The notes under the pieces are model-generated. The model had not been told where the DNA came from, did no database searches, and saw nothing but the letters and a program-made list of their open reading frames with translations. Source: Octopus bimaculoides (Eukaryota). Taken from it: a stretch of 64,000 nucleotides of DNA. The DNA lies in NCBI RefSeq assembly GCF_001194135.2, contig NC_068983.1, positions 7,702,276 through 7,766,275 on the forward strand, in the 5' to 3' direction. A program made the position numbers and the translations under genes. The first letter of the stretch is position 1. Each line of letters opens with the position of its first letter. Positions 41,245-53,898 of the stretch are shown piece after piece.

Positions 41245-41520
41245 ATGGGAAACATCTTTCATCGTTCCAGCCGAATTACTGACCCGGTGGCAGCATGGAA
41301 ACAACAGAATAGAGAATTTCCAGTGCACCCATTATATACCTTAGTAAACTTCAACAATGGAGGAAAACTTCTGGATGCGTACAATAAGGGAGGGAGAGAT
41401 AAATTGATACAAGCTTTAAAGGAACATGTGGAACCTTTGCTTTATAACCGAGGCAAGGGAGGTATTATCAGCAAAACGGAATATCTTCGTTGGCGATATC
41501 AAACTCGCCTGAGACTGTTG
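41245..41520 (+). CDS. iav: TRPV coding exon 1 (92 aa, MGNIFHRSS...LYTLVNFNNGGKLLDAY...EYLRWRYQTRLRLL)
   Basis: Resembles the iav/OSM-9 N-terminus (LYxL...GGxLI...LYNxGxG...EYLRW). Donor TTG|GTACGT, phase 0. Confidence 0.88.
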
Positions 41521-43621
41521 GTACGTATATAATATTTACTAAAATTAGTGTATAGATTAGATAAATTGATAAGCGTAGGTTTGGCTACGTGGTTAAAAGG
41601 TTCGCTTTTCAGCCACGGCCACGTAGCTTCTCTGTTCGATCTCATTATTCGGCATCTTCTGCTAAATAATATTAGGATGACCAAGGACTTGTGAAAGTCT
41701 AATTTGCTACATGCAGATGCCCATTGTGCATCTACTTACATATGTATGTATATANNNNNNNNNNNNNNNNNNNNNNNNNNNNNNNNNNNNNNNNNNNNNN
41801 NNNNNNNNNNNNNNNNNNNNNNNNNNNNNNNNNNNNNNNNNNNNNNNNNNNNNNNNNNNNNNNNNNNNNNNNNNNNNNNNNNNNNNNNNNNNNNNNNNNN
41901 NNNNNNNNNNNNNNNNNNNNNNNNNNNNNNNNNNNNNNNNNNNNNNNNNNNNNNNNNNNNNNNNNNNNNNNNNNNNNNNNNNNNNNNNNNNNNNNNNNNN
42001 NNNNNNNNNNGTACATGTATATATGTGTATATACGTACATCCTATGTCTATATATGTAATTTGTAATTGGTTTCCCGAACAAAAATAGGGCACTCAATAC
42101 ATTGTGATTGTGTCGAGTAAATGTTATTTACTATAAAATAGTTGATAATTCTAATTCTCTGTTAACGGAATTTCCTTCTCATTAGAGCATTCTTTAGACA
42201 GATGTGATTCTAGTGAAGGTTTTCTCTTGTAAGGTGTTTTATTTCAGGATTTTTACCTGTGATAAGGTGTTGTCAAATTTTGATAGAAGATATCGAGTAG
42301 CAGACAGGAATGTTTTTTTTTTAGATTATGTGTGTTTGTTGTAATGTGATATGTATGAGACATTTTCATTTCAGCAAAATCAGAAGTGTGTAGGTGTGAC
42401 GATGAAAAATATAAAAATTTGTAATTTGCAGCCCTGGTATACTGTAGAGCCAACGGCTCGAATAGCGATAAAATAGTATGATTATGCAATTTTTAGGTTT
42501 CTATCGCTCGATAAAAATTTTTTGGAAGAAATTTGCCCATGTCTGCATTTGGTGAAAATTTCAGCTCTGTTATTTAAATAATTATTTGAGATATTGAGAA
42601 CAAACAAAAGCCGGTCGTATATGTGTGTGTGTATGTGTTTGTTCTCAACCACTCGACAACCGGTGTTGGTTTGTTTACGCCCCCGTAACATAGCGGTTCC
42701 ATAAGCGAAAGTAATGGAATGAGTACCAAATTTTAAAAAAAGAAAATAAATACTGGGGTTGATTTGCTCTTCCAGTGGAGATCGATTATAGCCTCGATTG
42801 CGGCTGACCGTCGGTTGTGGTCAGCTTTTGTGAGGGACGTAGAGAACTCGTTGGTCGAAGCCGGCTCAACCCATTCTGGACAAATGTCGCCCCAAGTTCA
42901 AATAAGTAAGTAGTACACAACAACAACAACATCATCAGCATCAGCATCATTAGCATCAAAAGCAGCAGCAGTAGTAGCAGCTCTGGAACCAAACACAAAA
43001 TAAAATTCTTTCAACCAAAACTACCACATCGTAGTAAAATTAAGCTTACATACGCATTCACACACANNNNNNNNNNNNNNNNNNNNNNNNNNNNNNNNNN
43101 NNNNNNNNNNNNNNNNNNNNNNNNNNNNNNNNNNNNNNNNNNNNNNNNNNNNNNNNNNNNNNNNNNNNNNNNNNNNNNNNNNNNNNNNNNNNNNNNNNNN
43201 NNNNNNNNNNNNNNNNNNNNNNNNNNNNNNNNNNNNNNNNNNNNNNNNNNNNNNNNNNNNNNNNNNNNNNNNNNNNNNNNNNNNNNNNNNNNNNNNNNNN
43301 NNNNNNNNNNNNNNNNNNNNNNNNNNNNNNNNNNNNNNNNNNNNNNNNNNNNNNNNNNNNNNNNNNNNNNNNNNNNNNNNNNNNNNNNNNNNNNNNNNNN
43401 NNNNNNNNNNNNNNNNNNNNNNNNNNNNNNNNNNNNNNNNNNNNNNNNNNNNNNNNNNNNNNNNNNNNNNNNNNNNNNNNNNNNNNNNNNNNNNNNNNNN
43501 NNNNNNNNNNNNNNNNNNNNNNNNNNNNNNNNNNNNNNNNNNNNNNNNNNNNNNNNNNNNNNNNNNNNNNNNNNNNNNNNNNNNNNNNNNNNNNNNNNNN
43601 NNNNNNNNNNNNNNNNNNNNN

Positions 43622-44894
43622 TTAACAAAGGCCTTTGATACTGTAAATAGGGCCTTTCTATGGAAAATACTTGGCAAACTTGGATGTCCGGATCACTTTG
43701 TATCTATAATTAAATCATTTCATGATGGGATGGAGGCTTGGGTCAATGTTGTTGGTGGCATGGTGGGACCCATTCCTGTAGAGAATGGTGTCAAGCAGGG
43801 TGACATCCTTGCCCCAACTCTCTTTTCTTTGTACTTTGCTGCTGCTTTTACTCATGTTTTTGCTAAGGTTAGCTCTCTGGGAATATATGTCAGATATCGA
43901 TCTTCTGGCCGCCTCTTTAACCTTCACCGATTTGCTGCCAATTCAAAGGTTCTCCAGTCTATTATTCGTGACCTCCTTTATACAGATGACTGTGACTTAG
44001 TCACTCATACAGTGAATGACATGCAAATACTCATCAATTGCATTTCTGCTTCTTGCAAGGCATTTGGACTTGGCATTAGCCTGGACAAGACTGTTGTAAT
44101 GTTCCAACCTGCACCAGGAAATCCATATATGAAACCAGCTATCTTGGTTGAAGGAACAATTCTGAAGGTAGTAGACAAGTTTGTCTACCTGGGCAGCACA
44201 CTCAGCCGTTCTTGCTCCCTGGATGAGGAAATATCATTCAGGTTGCAGCGAGCAACTAATTCCTTTCGGTGTCTTAAGTCTCGTGTCTGGTCCTAGCATG
44301 GCATCGCAAGGCAAACAAAAGTTGCTGTGTACCGTGCATGTGTACTGACATCGCTCCTCTACTCATGTGAGACATGGACTCTGTACAAACGTCATGTAAG
44401 GGTCCTTGAACGCTTTCAACAGAGATGTCTCAGGCACATTCTCAATGTTGGCTGGACCTAAAAAATTCCAGACACACAGATCCTGAGGACAGCTGATATC
44501 TTGAGTATTGAGGCAATGGTGCACAAGCACCGGTTACGTTGGACAGGACACCTTATTAGAATGAAGAAATAGCAAGATTCCTAAGCAGATGCTCTATGGA
44601 GAACTTGTGAATGGAAGGAGACTCCGGCAGAAACCAAGGCTGCAATTTAAGGACTGTATCAAGTCCTCATTAAAGGCCTGTGATATGCAGGACACTGACT
44701 GGGAGAACAATGCCTGTCATCACCACGGATGGAGGAAGCAGGTTAAGGAGGGGATCGACACTTTTGAGAGAGCACGTATCCATCATGAAGAACTTAAGCG
44801 AGCTGCGCGAAAGCGCACGGCTCATATAGTGAATGGGGAAAGCTTAATCTGCAATGTTTGCAGTCGTGTATGCTTGTCAAGAGCAGGGCTCATT
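43622..44894 (+). mobile_element. RTE-clade LINE fragment (RT domain to C-terminus), pseudogenised, flanked by gaps, inside TRPV intron 1
   Basis: Translates as LTKAFDTVNR...GVKQGDILAPTLF...GRLFNL...LLYTDD...FVYLGS...LLYSCETW...RLRWTGH...LYGEL...CNVC. In-frame stops near 44294 and 44459, and a frameshift near 44570. Confidence 0.93.
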
Positions 44895-47357
44895 NNNNNN
44901 NNNNNNNNNNNNNNNNNNNNNNNNNNNNNNNNNNNNNNNNNNNNNNNNNNNNNNNNNNNNNNNNNNNNNNNNNNNNNNNNNNNNNNNNNNNNNNNNNNNN
45001 NNNNNNNNNNNNNNNNNNNNNNNNNNNNNNNNNNNNNNNNNNNNNNNNNNNNNNNNNNNNNNNNNNNNNNNNNNNNNNNNNNNNNNNNNNNNNNNNNNNN
45101 NNNNNNNNNNNNNNNNNNNNNNNNNNNNNNNNNNNNNNNNNNNNNNNNNNNNNNNNNNNNNNNNNNNNNNNNNNNNNNNATATATATATATATATATATA
45201 CGTATACGTATGCGCGTTTGTGTGTGTTTGTATGCATACACGTCCATCATCATCATCATCATCATTGTCATCATCATTGCTTCCGCTTTTCCATACTGTT
45301 ATAGATTGGACGGATCAATTTCAACACAGTTTCAGCTGAGCAAATTAGATTCTACTCCTTCCATTTTAGTATGAAAGCTATCCAGTGTGGGTAATCTAAA
45401 GGCCCTTCCGCTCAGATTCTCCAAGTCATTCCCTTTTAAACTAGATAATAGGAGAAACGCAAAACTTAACCTCAACGTATTGAAATACCTGAAAGGAATT
45501 AATTGGTTGTTTGTTAACAAATCTAATTACAAGACTCACTAAAAGCCTTGTTGTTTACTGTCTGGGTTTACAAAACTGGCAAAGTGTGTGCATTATTTAT
45601 TATTTGTAGAAGAAAGCTTGTAACGAGAGACATAGCAAACTGTCCAATATTAGTGTTTAGAACAAGTAGTTATTAAGAAACAGCAGCGACAAAAACAACA
45701 ATAATAATATACGAAAACTGGAGGTTATTTTTTTATTATTTCGAATGGCTTAAAACTATTTTATATCAATTCAGTATTAGTGTTAAGTGCTATGTAAGTA
45801 TTGTGCAGTGGAGGCGCAATGGCCCAGTGGTTAGGGCAGCAGACTCGCGGTCGTAAGATCGCAGTTTCGATTCCCAGACTGGGCGTTGTGAGTGTTTATT
45901 AAGCGAAAACACCTAAAGTTCCACGAGGCTCCGGCAGGGGATGGTGGCGAACCTTGCTGTACTCTTCCACCACAAGTTTCTCTCACTCTTTCTTCCTGTT
46001 TCTGTTGTATCTGTATTTCAAAGGGCCAGCCTTGTCACACTGTGTCACGCTGAATCTCCCCGAGAACTACGTTAAGGGTAGACGTGTCAGTGGAGTGCTC
46101 AACCACTTCCACGTTAATTTCACGAGCAGGCTGTTCCGTTGATCGGATCAACTGGAACCCTCGTCGTCGTGACCGACGGAGCGCCAACAGCAAAAGTATT
46201 GTGTGTTAGGATAGGAGATAAGGCTCCAGATGACAATAAAGGAGGTTATGGCAGTGGTGGTGGTGATGACAATGACAGCGAGGAAGTAAAAGAAAAAGTA
46301 TATAGTTGACTTTCCAAAGTGCATATCAAAATAATTGACAAAATCGAGAGATTTTAAGAGCAACGTAAAAGGATGAATAGATTGTAGTTCGCAAAGGTGG
46401 CAATTGTTCATGAGTAATTGGTGCATTTAATACAAAATATACATAAGAGACTGAATGATAATGGAATTGATAAGCGCATTGTCGATCTGCAGAAAAGTAT
46501 CATCATGTATTCTTCAAGAATCATATGATTCTTTAGAATTGAGGCGACATGCTGTCACCAAGCCTCAATATAACATCCCTACTAATTAAATTTGCATGTA
46601 ACAGCTTTTGAGTAATAATAATACTTTATCCTATTATCATAAGGTCTGGAATTCTGGAGGGGGGTGCTAACCGATGACATCGACTTCAGTGGTCATCTGT
46701 AACTTATTTCATCGACCCTCAAAAAGATGAAGGACAAAGATTGGCCTCGTCAGAATTTGAAGGTCAATTAGCGGTTCGGCAAGAAAGACCGGTAGAATAA
46801 GTACTAGGCTTACAAAGAATAAGTCCTGGGGTCGATTTGCTCGACTAAAGGCGGTGCTCCAGCATGGCCACAGTCAAATGACTGAAACAAATAAAATAAA
46901 AAAATAAAAGAATATAAATGATGCTCAGTTTGTACACCGTACAGATGGAAATGATACAGTATCGAATGACTAGGATTTATTTATTATTAATCAAGTGTTC
47001 GATACAAACTGTTGCGAAATTTTATTGTAGTGAACTGCTTTATAATAATTGGTTTGACGTCAATCGTCTGCAGGATATTATTTCTCTATGCAAATGAACG
47101 AAAGCCAGTTCAAATGCTGCTGCTAAAATGATTTTAAAAAAGTAAGCGGCATACAAAGTATTACAAACGATCTTAGGATGGTGCATAGAGTAACCATTCT
47201 CGTATTACACACTCGTCATTTCCGAATTTATTAAACAGAGTATTTGATAAATGTGTCTTATCCTTAGTGGTCGTAGTTACTACATAGAAGGTAATAATTT
47301 CATCATATTTGGTGGTATTGGAAATTTGAATTTGAAATTAAGAAACTACAAATTCAC

Positions 47358-47523
47358 ATGAAGTAGTTGTATGCTGTCAACTTAATGTGACGGTCCCCTG
47401 AAGGGAATAATACTACTGTTGGTTAGACCTAGGAAGCGGCGCAGCTTCCTAGGTGTAACCAACAGTAGTATTATTCCTTACAGGGGACTATCACATTAAG
47501 TTGACAGCATACAACTACTTCAT
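47358..47523. repeat. Near-perfect 80-bp inverted repeat with 6-nt loop
   Basis: Arms 47358-47437 and 47444-47523 match 75/80; loop GGCGCA. Confidence 0.95.
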
Positions 47524-48252
47524 CGTATCACTACTGCATAAATCTCTCTGAGAGATTTAGAAATGTATTATTTCTAAATACAAATTCACGTGCTTATTAT
47601 TTTTATTTTGCTTACTTGTTACGAAATACTTAAAATTTCTAGTCAGTGGTAATCATGTACAGTAGTATTTCATTCTTTTCGGAAAGTGTCAGCATAATAT
47701 AATCTGTTACTTGATAATTAAACATTTTATGAAGTGAGACATTTCATTAAAGGTGAAAATAATCAGTCTGGGGGAAAGTCATGGAATAGGTTTTTCTTTT
47801 TCTTTTTGTTCTTAGAGCGTTTGTAGTTTAGCAATCAAGAGAAAAGAGAGCAAGTTATTCTCCAGCATCATACACTCTGTGTGAGTCTGAAAGGTCACTA
47901 TTATGTTTTTGACGTAATCATGCCTCCATTACGATGCCGGTCAGTTACTGCGTTAGTATTCTAAATATTCCATAGTCCCAAGGTAGTTTCTTGGATCGCA
48001 AAATTCTTTGTTGTTGCATATTTAGCTATTTTCTTTTGTGGAATGTTCCCAGAAACAGGAACGAGTAATGATACCGTTGGTAGGTCTAATAACACAGGAC
48101 AAATTGAAATAGGACCAGATATAATTGCTGATATTACATTTGAAGGAGCAGTGTTTCGCCTGGGTCGAACAATCTAGTACTTTTGGAAGTTTGTTCCTTT
48201 CTGCCGCTATTTTCCCTGCATGTACTCCATGTATGTGCCTATAGTAGAAAGG

Positions 48253-48288
<36 letters not shown>

Positions 48289-48894
48289 GAGTGAGAGAGC
48301 GGTGCATGCCATCAAAGTGACGCTGGGGTAAAATATACGAAGCCCAGTATACCCATCATGACTACCCATTTGATAAGGGTACACCGGGCACATGCATCAC
48401 AACCATATGTGTGCAACATAGTAATCTTATATCAAGATAAACAGCGCATGACCTCGCAGGTGGGGCCCAGTAAGAATTTTCTTCAGGTCGAGTAGCCCAT
48501 CCCGCTCAAAAAGTCCCTGAATAAGGTTTGTTTAAGGATGTTGAGCAAAAGACCCATNNNNNNNNNNNNNNNNNNNNNNNNNNNNNNNNNNNNNNNNNNN
48601 NNNNNNNNNNNNNNNNNNNNNNNNNNNNNNNNNNNNNNNNNNNNNNNNNNNNNNNNNNNNNNNNNNNNNNNNNNNNNNNNNNNNNNNNNNNNNNNNNNNN
48701 NNNNNNNNNNNNNNNNNNNNNNNNNNNNNNNNNNNNNNNNNNNNNNNNNNNNNNNNNNNNNNNNNNNNNNNNNNNNNNNNTATTTGCTGTAGACCATCTT
48801 TTTATACCAAGACAAAACAATGTACATGATAACACTTCCAATCAATTAAGATCAGAAGCCATGAGAGCCACTGCCTGGTACTGCATCTGGGCAT
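48289..48894 (-). mobile_element. Approx. 600-bp interspersed element bounded by (TTA)n on both sides (family E), with an internal gap
   Basis: Non-coding sequence between (TTA)n at 48254-48288 and 48895-48921. On the minus strand it ends ...ctctctcactc(AAT)n, like a retroelement tail. Confidence 0.55.
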
Positions 48895-50867
48895 TTATTA
48901 TTATTATTATTATTATTATTAGTGGAAAGAAGGCGTCGAGCTTGCCGAATCGTTAGCACGCCGGACAAAATGCTAAGTGGAATTTGGTCCACCTTCATTG
49001 TTTTTGGTTTTCGTTGCTCTTATTGCTGATTCTGCTGTCGTTACTGTAATTATTGGGTTTTTCGTCCAGTATTAGCACTTTCGTTTCTTTAATAATGACT
49101 CTATAAAATTTTACTACAATCGGTCCGCTCGTACGTGTGTGTGTGAGTGTTTTTGTTATTGCGTATGTACCCCACCCCCAATCGCTTGTTCACCGGTGTT
49201 GGTTTGTCTACGTTCTCGTAAGTTAGCAGTTTTTGGCAAAAGTGACCGACAGAAAAAGTAATAAGTTTAAAATAATAAGTACTGAGTTTAGCAAAAGAGA
49301 CCGATAAAATAAGTACCACGCTTAAAAAAAAAACATAAAGACTACTAGGGTCGATTCGTTTGACTAAAATTCCTGAAGGAGGTGTCTCAGCATGGTCGCA
49401 GTCTAATGATTGAAGCAAGCAAAAGATAAAAGATAAGAGATTTTGTTTTGATAAATCAGAGATTACAGCTCTAATTCTTCTGAATCTAGTTTCTTTAGCT
49501 TTTTTTTTCTTTTATTCAGTCGAGAGATGGCAAAGGCGACTATATCATCATTGAATTGCTCAATGTTTCGCATGACTGGTAATTGTTGCGTTGTAGATGT
49601 ACTGTTATTTCTGCAGCGATAACAAGACGAATACTGTAGTCTCTGATGTTATATCGTTTATCAGAAAACTGGTTTTTACACAGTGGCAAACAGCAAACCT
49701 GAAGGAAAACGGCTGACTAAAAAAAAAACAAAAAAACACACAAGTGACGTAGTTAGTGTTACCGTAGTGATAACTGTATGTTAGAGGACAGATTGAAATC
49801 TTTCCCTTCTTTAATCAGATCTTGCTTGCATGTTTGAAAGTCATCATTGGAAGGCTAAATCGTCGCTGATCGATCAGAAATTGTTCAAGTGGTGCGTCAC
49901 CAATCGTAAGCACGTCGAACATCGAGGTCATCAGTTGTGGGGTACACACGCACACTTCTCTCTCTCTCTCTCTCTCTCATACACACACACACACTGACAA
50001 AAACACACCCCAACAAAACACACACACATATATTTATATTTGGCGAGTGTTTGGTTACCCTTATTTTCTTCCCTTTCCACAATATTTCTTAGAACCCTTA
50101 ATTTGCTTATTTTCAACCACTAGTAAACATTTGGCTTTCTCAGACAAATTATTCTGCTTAGAACGTTATATCTCTCTAGATTCTTTTGTGGCTTCCAGTC
50201 ATTGTTTAGAACCTACAGTGGAATCATCATGATGAGTTTCTGTCGATTATATCGACCATAGTACATAGTTCAACCGGGTACTGATTTTAACGATGTCTTT
50301 ATCAAATGCCTTAGTTACGTTAATTAAGACGTAAGCACAGACACAAACTCCCCCTCACATAAACACAAATAGATGAAATAAATTTCTTTTTATGGTGATT
50401 CGAGTTTCACGTAATTGTGATCTTAAAGCGAGAACTATTTTTCTTGTGGTGTCATACACGTTTTATACACATTTGAACAGGTTCATTCTTTAGTCTATAG
50501 CTATCCGCTTCATTGGCTGGTTTTCAATGTTGTTATGCTATAGTTCTATAGGAAAGTTGGTTATGCATCATTAGATGTATACCTGACTTTCCTATATAAA
50601 ATTAATGAATATATAACGGAACGCTGAACTCCAGACCATCAACTTAAACAACACTTTATTCAGGTGGTAAATATATACATCTTTAGTTCTTGTTGTTACA
50701 GCTTCTGTGTGTATGAGCATAGTTGTTGGGACGTTGTTATGTAGGTGTAAGCGAGCTGTCGAGTGTAAGTCCGAAAGATGGAGAGTGACAACTAAACACG
50801 TCCATGCTCTATTGCTGGCCAGCAAGAAAGAGAATGAATTGAGCGGGAACTCTTGGTTGTTTAATTC

Positions 50868-50940
50868 TACGCATGCGTGAGACTACGCATGCACACGGCG
50901 TTACTACAGTTCTTTTTAGAGTATCGACTTTGGCTGACGT
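50868..50940. promoter_or_regulatory. Promoter-like motif cluster inside TRPV intron 1
   Basis: tACGCATGCGTg (perfect 10-bp palindrome), tacgcatgcaca, actacagttc and tgacgt within about 75 bp of non-repeat DNA. Confidence 0.25.
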
Positions 50941-51623
50941 AGTTTCATTTGTCAGTTTATTGTTTATAGAATATTTTCCTGGGCTCTCCTGTTACTGTTC
51001 TTCTGTAGTTTTGTTGCTTTGATTTTTGTTTCTATTTATAGCTGTGATTTAGCGTTCTATTTCCGATATCCTGCTTTTTCTGACTTCTGCTAAGTTGCTT
51101 CATATCCTGTTGATCAATATTTTTTTTTGTTCGGCATTTATTTTCTTGACACATAAATTGCATTTTTTGAAACTATTTCCAGTTTTTTTTATTGCCTATT
51201 GCTCGCTGGTCACTAGTTACGTTATTTCTGATGTCCTATTTATTTCACTTCAGTTATTTCATATTCATCCAAGTGTTATGTTTATCATAGATTATTTGTC
51301 CAACGTTGTTTCTTCAATTGGTATAGTTATCTGGTTGCTTGTTATAGTTCAAAGTTCCACTTTTGTTTTTATTGAAATACTATTCTGGGCCTTTATATAG
51401 CTATTTCATTGTGTATGTATGTCTTTTTCTTCTTCTTTCCCACTCATTTGACTGCAGCCGTCACGCTGGGGCGCCGTCTTAAAGAATTTTAGTTGAACAA
51501 ATCAACTCCAGTTTTTAAGCCCGGTACTTTTTCTATCAGTTTCCTTTGTCGAACCGCTGAGTTACGCGGACGTAAATACACCAACGCCAGTTGCCAAGCG
51601 GTTGTAGTGGGTAAACAGAGATA

Positions 51624-51665
<42 letters not shown>

Positions 51666-52202
51666 CATACATGCGTGCACACATACATACACGACAGGCT
51701 TCTTTTAGTTTCCGTCTACCAAATCCACTTACGATACTTCGGTCGGCCCAAAGTGCCACACAGTGAGACTGAATCTGGAACCATGTTGTTGGGAAGCAAA
51801 CTTCTTACCATACAGCAACACCACACACAAAAGCAACTCCCTAACACACGTTATATTTAATCAGCAAGTGTCACAGAGGGACTCAAGAGCTAAGAGCTTC
51901 GTCCATTTGCAATTATCAAGATGAAATGCCCTTGAGTTATTCTATAACTTTTGTCAATTAAATAAAAAAAAATATCTATATACTTATGTTTTGAGATCTA
52001 TTTTACTGTGTATAACCAAACACATGCACATACACGCAGACACATATGTATATGCACACTGCATTCACTTTTCAGACAAGAAAAAATTTGTACTGGAGGT
52101 TTAAAACTTGAAAATTGGGTAGCTTGCGTGCAATACTCACAAGTTACACCAGAATGTCCATCTCCTAGACAAATATTCTGACATATATATATATATACAC
52201 AC

Positions 52203-52251
<49 letters not shown>

Positions 52252-52287
52252 CATACGTACGTATGTATGTACGTATGTATGTATACA

Positions 52288-52555
52288 TACACAAGGTGCA
52301 TTCCAGAAGCTTTGAGATTTTTTCAGAAGAAACATTTGTTAATTTCAAAACAATAAAAAAAAACCCAAAAACAACTCCGATTTCCTTCCAAGTAGGATCC
52401 CCTAATTTCAATGCACTTGAAGTAGCGCTCCAACCACTTCGTAAAGGTCTCATAGAAGTCCTCCAAAATGAAGGTACCCAACACAATTGTCATAGCATCC
52501 TTCATTTTCTCAATGTCTTCAAAACACCTGCCCTTGAGGTTCTCCTTCAGTTTAG
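52288..52555 (-). mobile_element. Mariner 3' fragment
   Basis: Minus strand reads KLKENLKGRCFEDIEKMKDAM...KWLERYFKCIEIRGSYLEG, followed by a TIR-like end near 52288. Confidence 0.78.
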
Positions 52556-52932
52556 GGAACAGTGTCTGGACAGTAGGGATGGTGAGGGAAAGTTTTGGTT
52601 CCTATCTCTGTCAAATAGTTGGTTACCTGGATGGCATGGTAGACTGGTACATTATCCTGGTGCCGGTGACACCGACCCAAATGGAAATCAGTTCGTCAAA
52701 AGAGACCGATAGAACAAGTATTAGCTTTAAAAAATAAACGTTGTTGTCGATTCTTTCGACTAAAAACCCTTCAAGGTGGTTTTCCAACATGACCGCCGTC
52801 CAATGACCGTCCAAATAAAAGCAGTTATATATATATATATGTGTGTGTGTGTGTATAGATTAGAGACAGATATTCTCTGTATAGAATATACATCGTAGTA
52901 CTCAAGAGATTTGAACTTGAGCAGGTAGAGAA

Positions 52933-53378
52933 GTAAATGTAAGGACAAACAAGTTAGGAAAGTCGATATACAAAGAATATAAAATACATTTAGTACAAAA
53001 AACGTACATACGTACACAGATAAAAACGTTCGACTTACACAGAATGGAAACGATATCACAAATTAATGGGCTTGAGTAGGAGTTTTACGAGCCCAACAGC
53101 TGTTTCTGGAGGCTTGGTGGTCCGAAATAATGGTTATAACTTGATTCCATCATCGGATACCACCAGCCTCCGTCTTCAAGGAAGAAGTTTACATTTTAAG
53201 TGTTGACAAAACGGCGTTTAAAGATGGCATCCTACTCAACCCCCTTAATCCCGGATATTGTTTCCATTCTGCGTAAGTTGGATTTTTTAAATATGTAAAC
53301 ATATGTATATATATTTTAAAATTGTGTTTAGTATTTTTTGTATCTCGACTTGCCTAACTTGTTTGTCCTTACATTTAC
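52933..53378. mobile_element. Fold-back/long-IR element (about 450 bp)
   Basis: Outer arms 52933-52974 / 53337-53378 match 40/42. Inner arms 53031-53057 / 53254-53280 match 24/27. A further gagtagga/tcctactc pair lies inside. Confidence 0.75.
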
Positions 53379-53381
53379 ACC

Positions 53382-53413
<32 letters not shown>

Positions 53414-53433
53414 TGTGTTTGTCTGTCTATCTC

Positions 53434-53498
<65 letters not shown>

Positions 53499-53675
53499 TA
53501 ATACACATACATATATGTGTTCGTGCGTAAGCATATGCATGTATCATACACATATATATCACACACACACGGATATATTTTTTTGAATACTTGCAAATAG
53601 ATACTGCATAAATCACACATATTTTGTTATACATCCTAACATGGACATGTTATACTTGTAATATATATATACATA

Positions 53676-53898
53676 CAGGGCGTCTATAAATTACCTTTAC
53701 AATATGAAAAATTCAGAAAAAAAAGATAAAGATAACTTTGAGTTCACAGGAAAACATAGAGAAACAATGTTTAATTAGTGACGTCAGAGCACATCCACGT
53801 GGGCTTCAATGCTTACACGCAACCTGCTTAGTTAACCATGTTTGTCTTTTTTTTTTTCTGTAATTTTCAAATTGTAAAGGTAATTTATGGACATCCTG
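53676..53898. mobile_element. Tc1/mariner-type MITE (223 bp) with TA target duplication
   Basis: TIRs cagggcgtctataaattacctttacaat / caggatgtccataaattacctttacaat (reverse complement), flanked by TA on both sides. Confidence 0.85.

Noticed and set aside
41245-41270. N-terminal MGN as a myristoylation signal
   Set aside because: Gly2 is present but the usual Ser/Thr at position 6 is His; insufficient support without a predictor.
43011-43677. Long ORFs rich in X
   Set aside because: Artefacts of translating through N-gaps; the same applies near 17600, 21920, 23470, 41760, 44900, 54450 and 62400.
45811-45890. tRNA-like sequence with A and B boxes (also 9419, 32598, 37918)
   Set aside because: These are SINE heads: they continue into shared SINE bodies and I could not close an acceptor stem.
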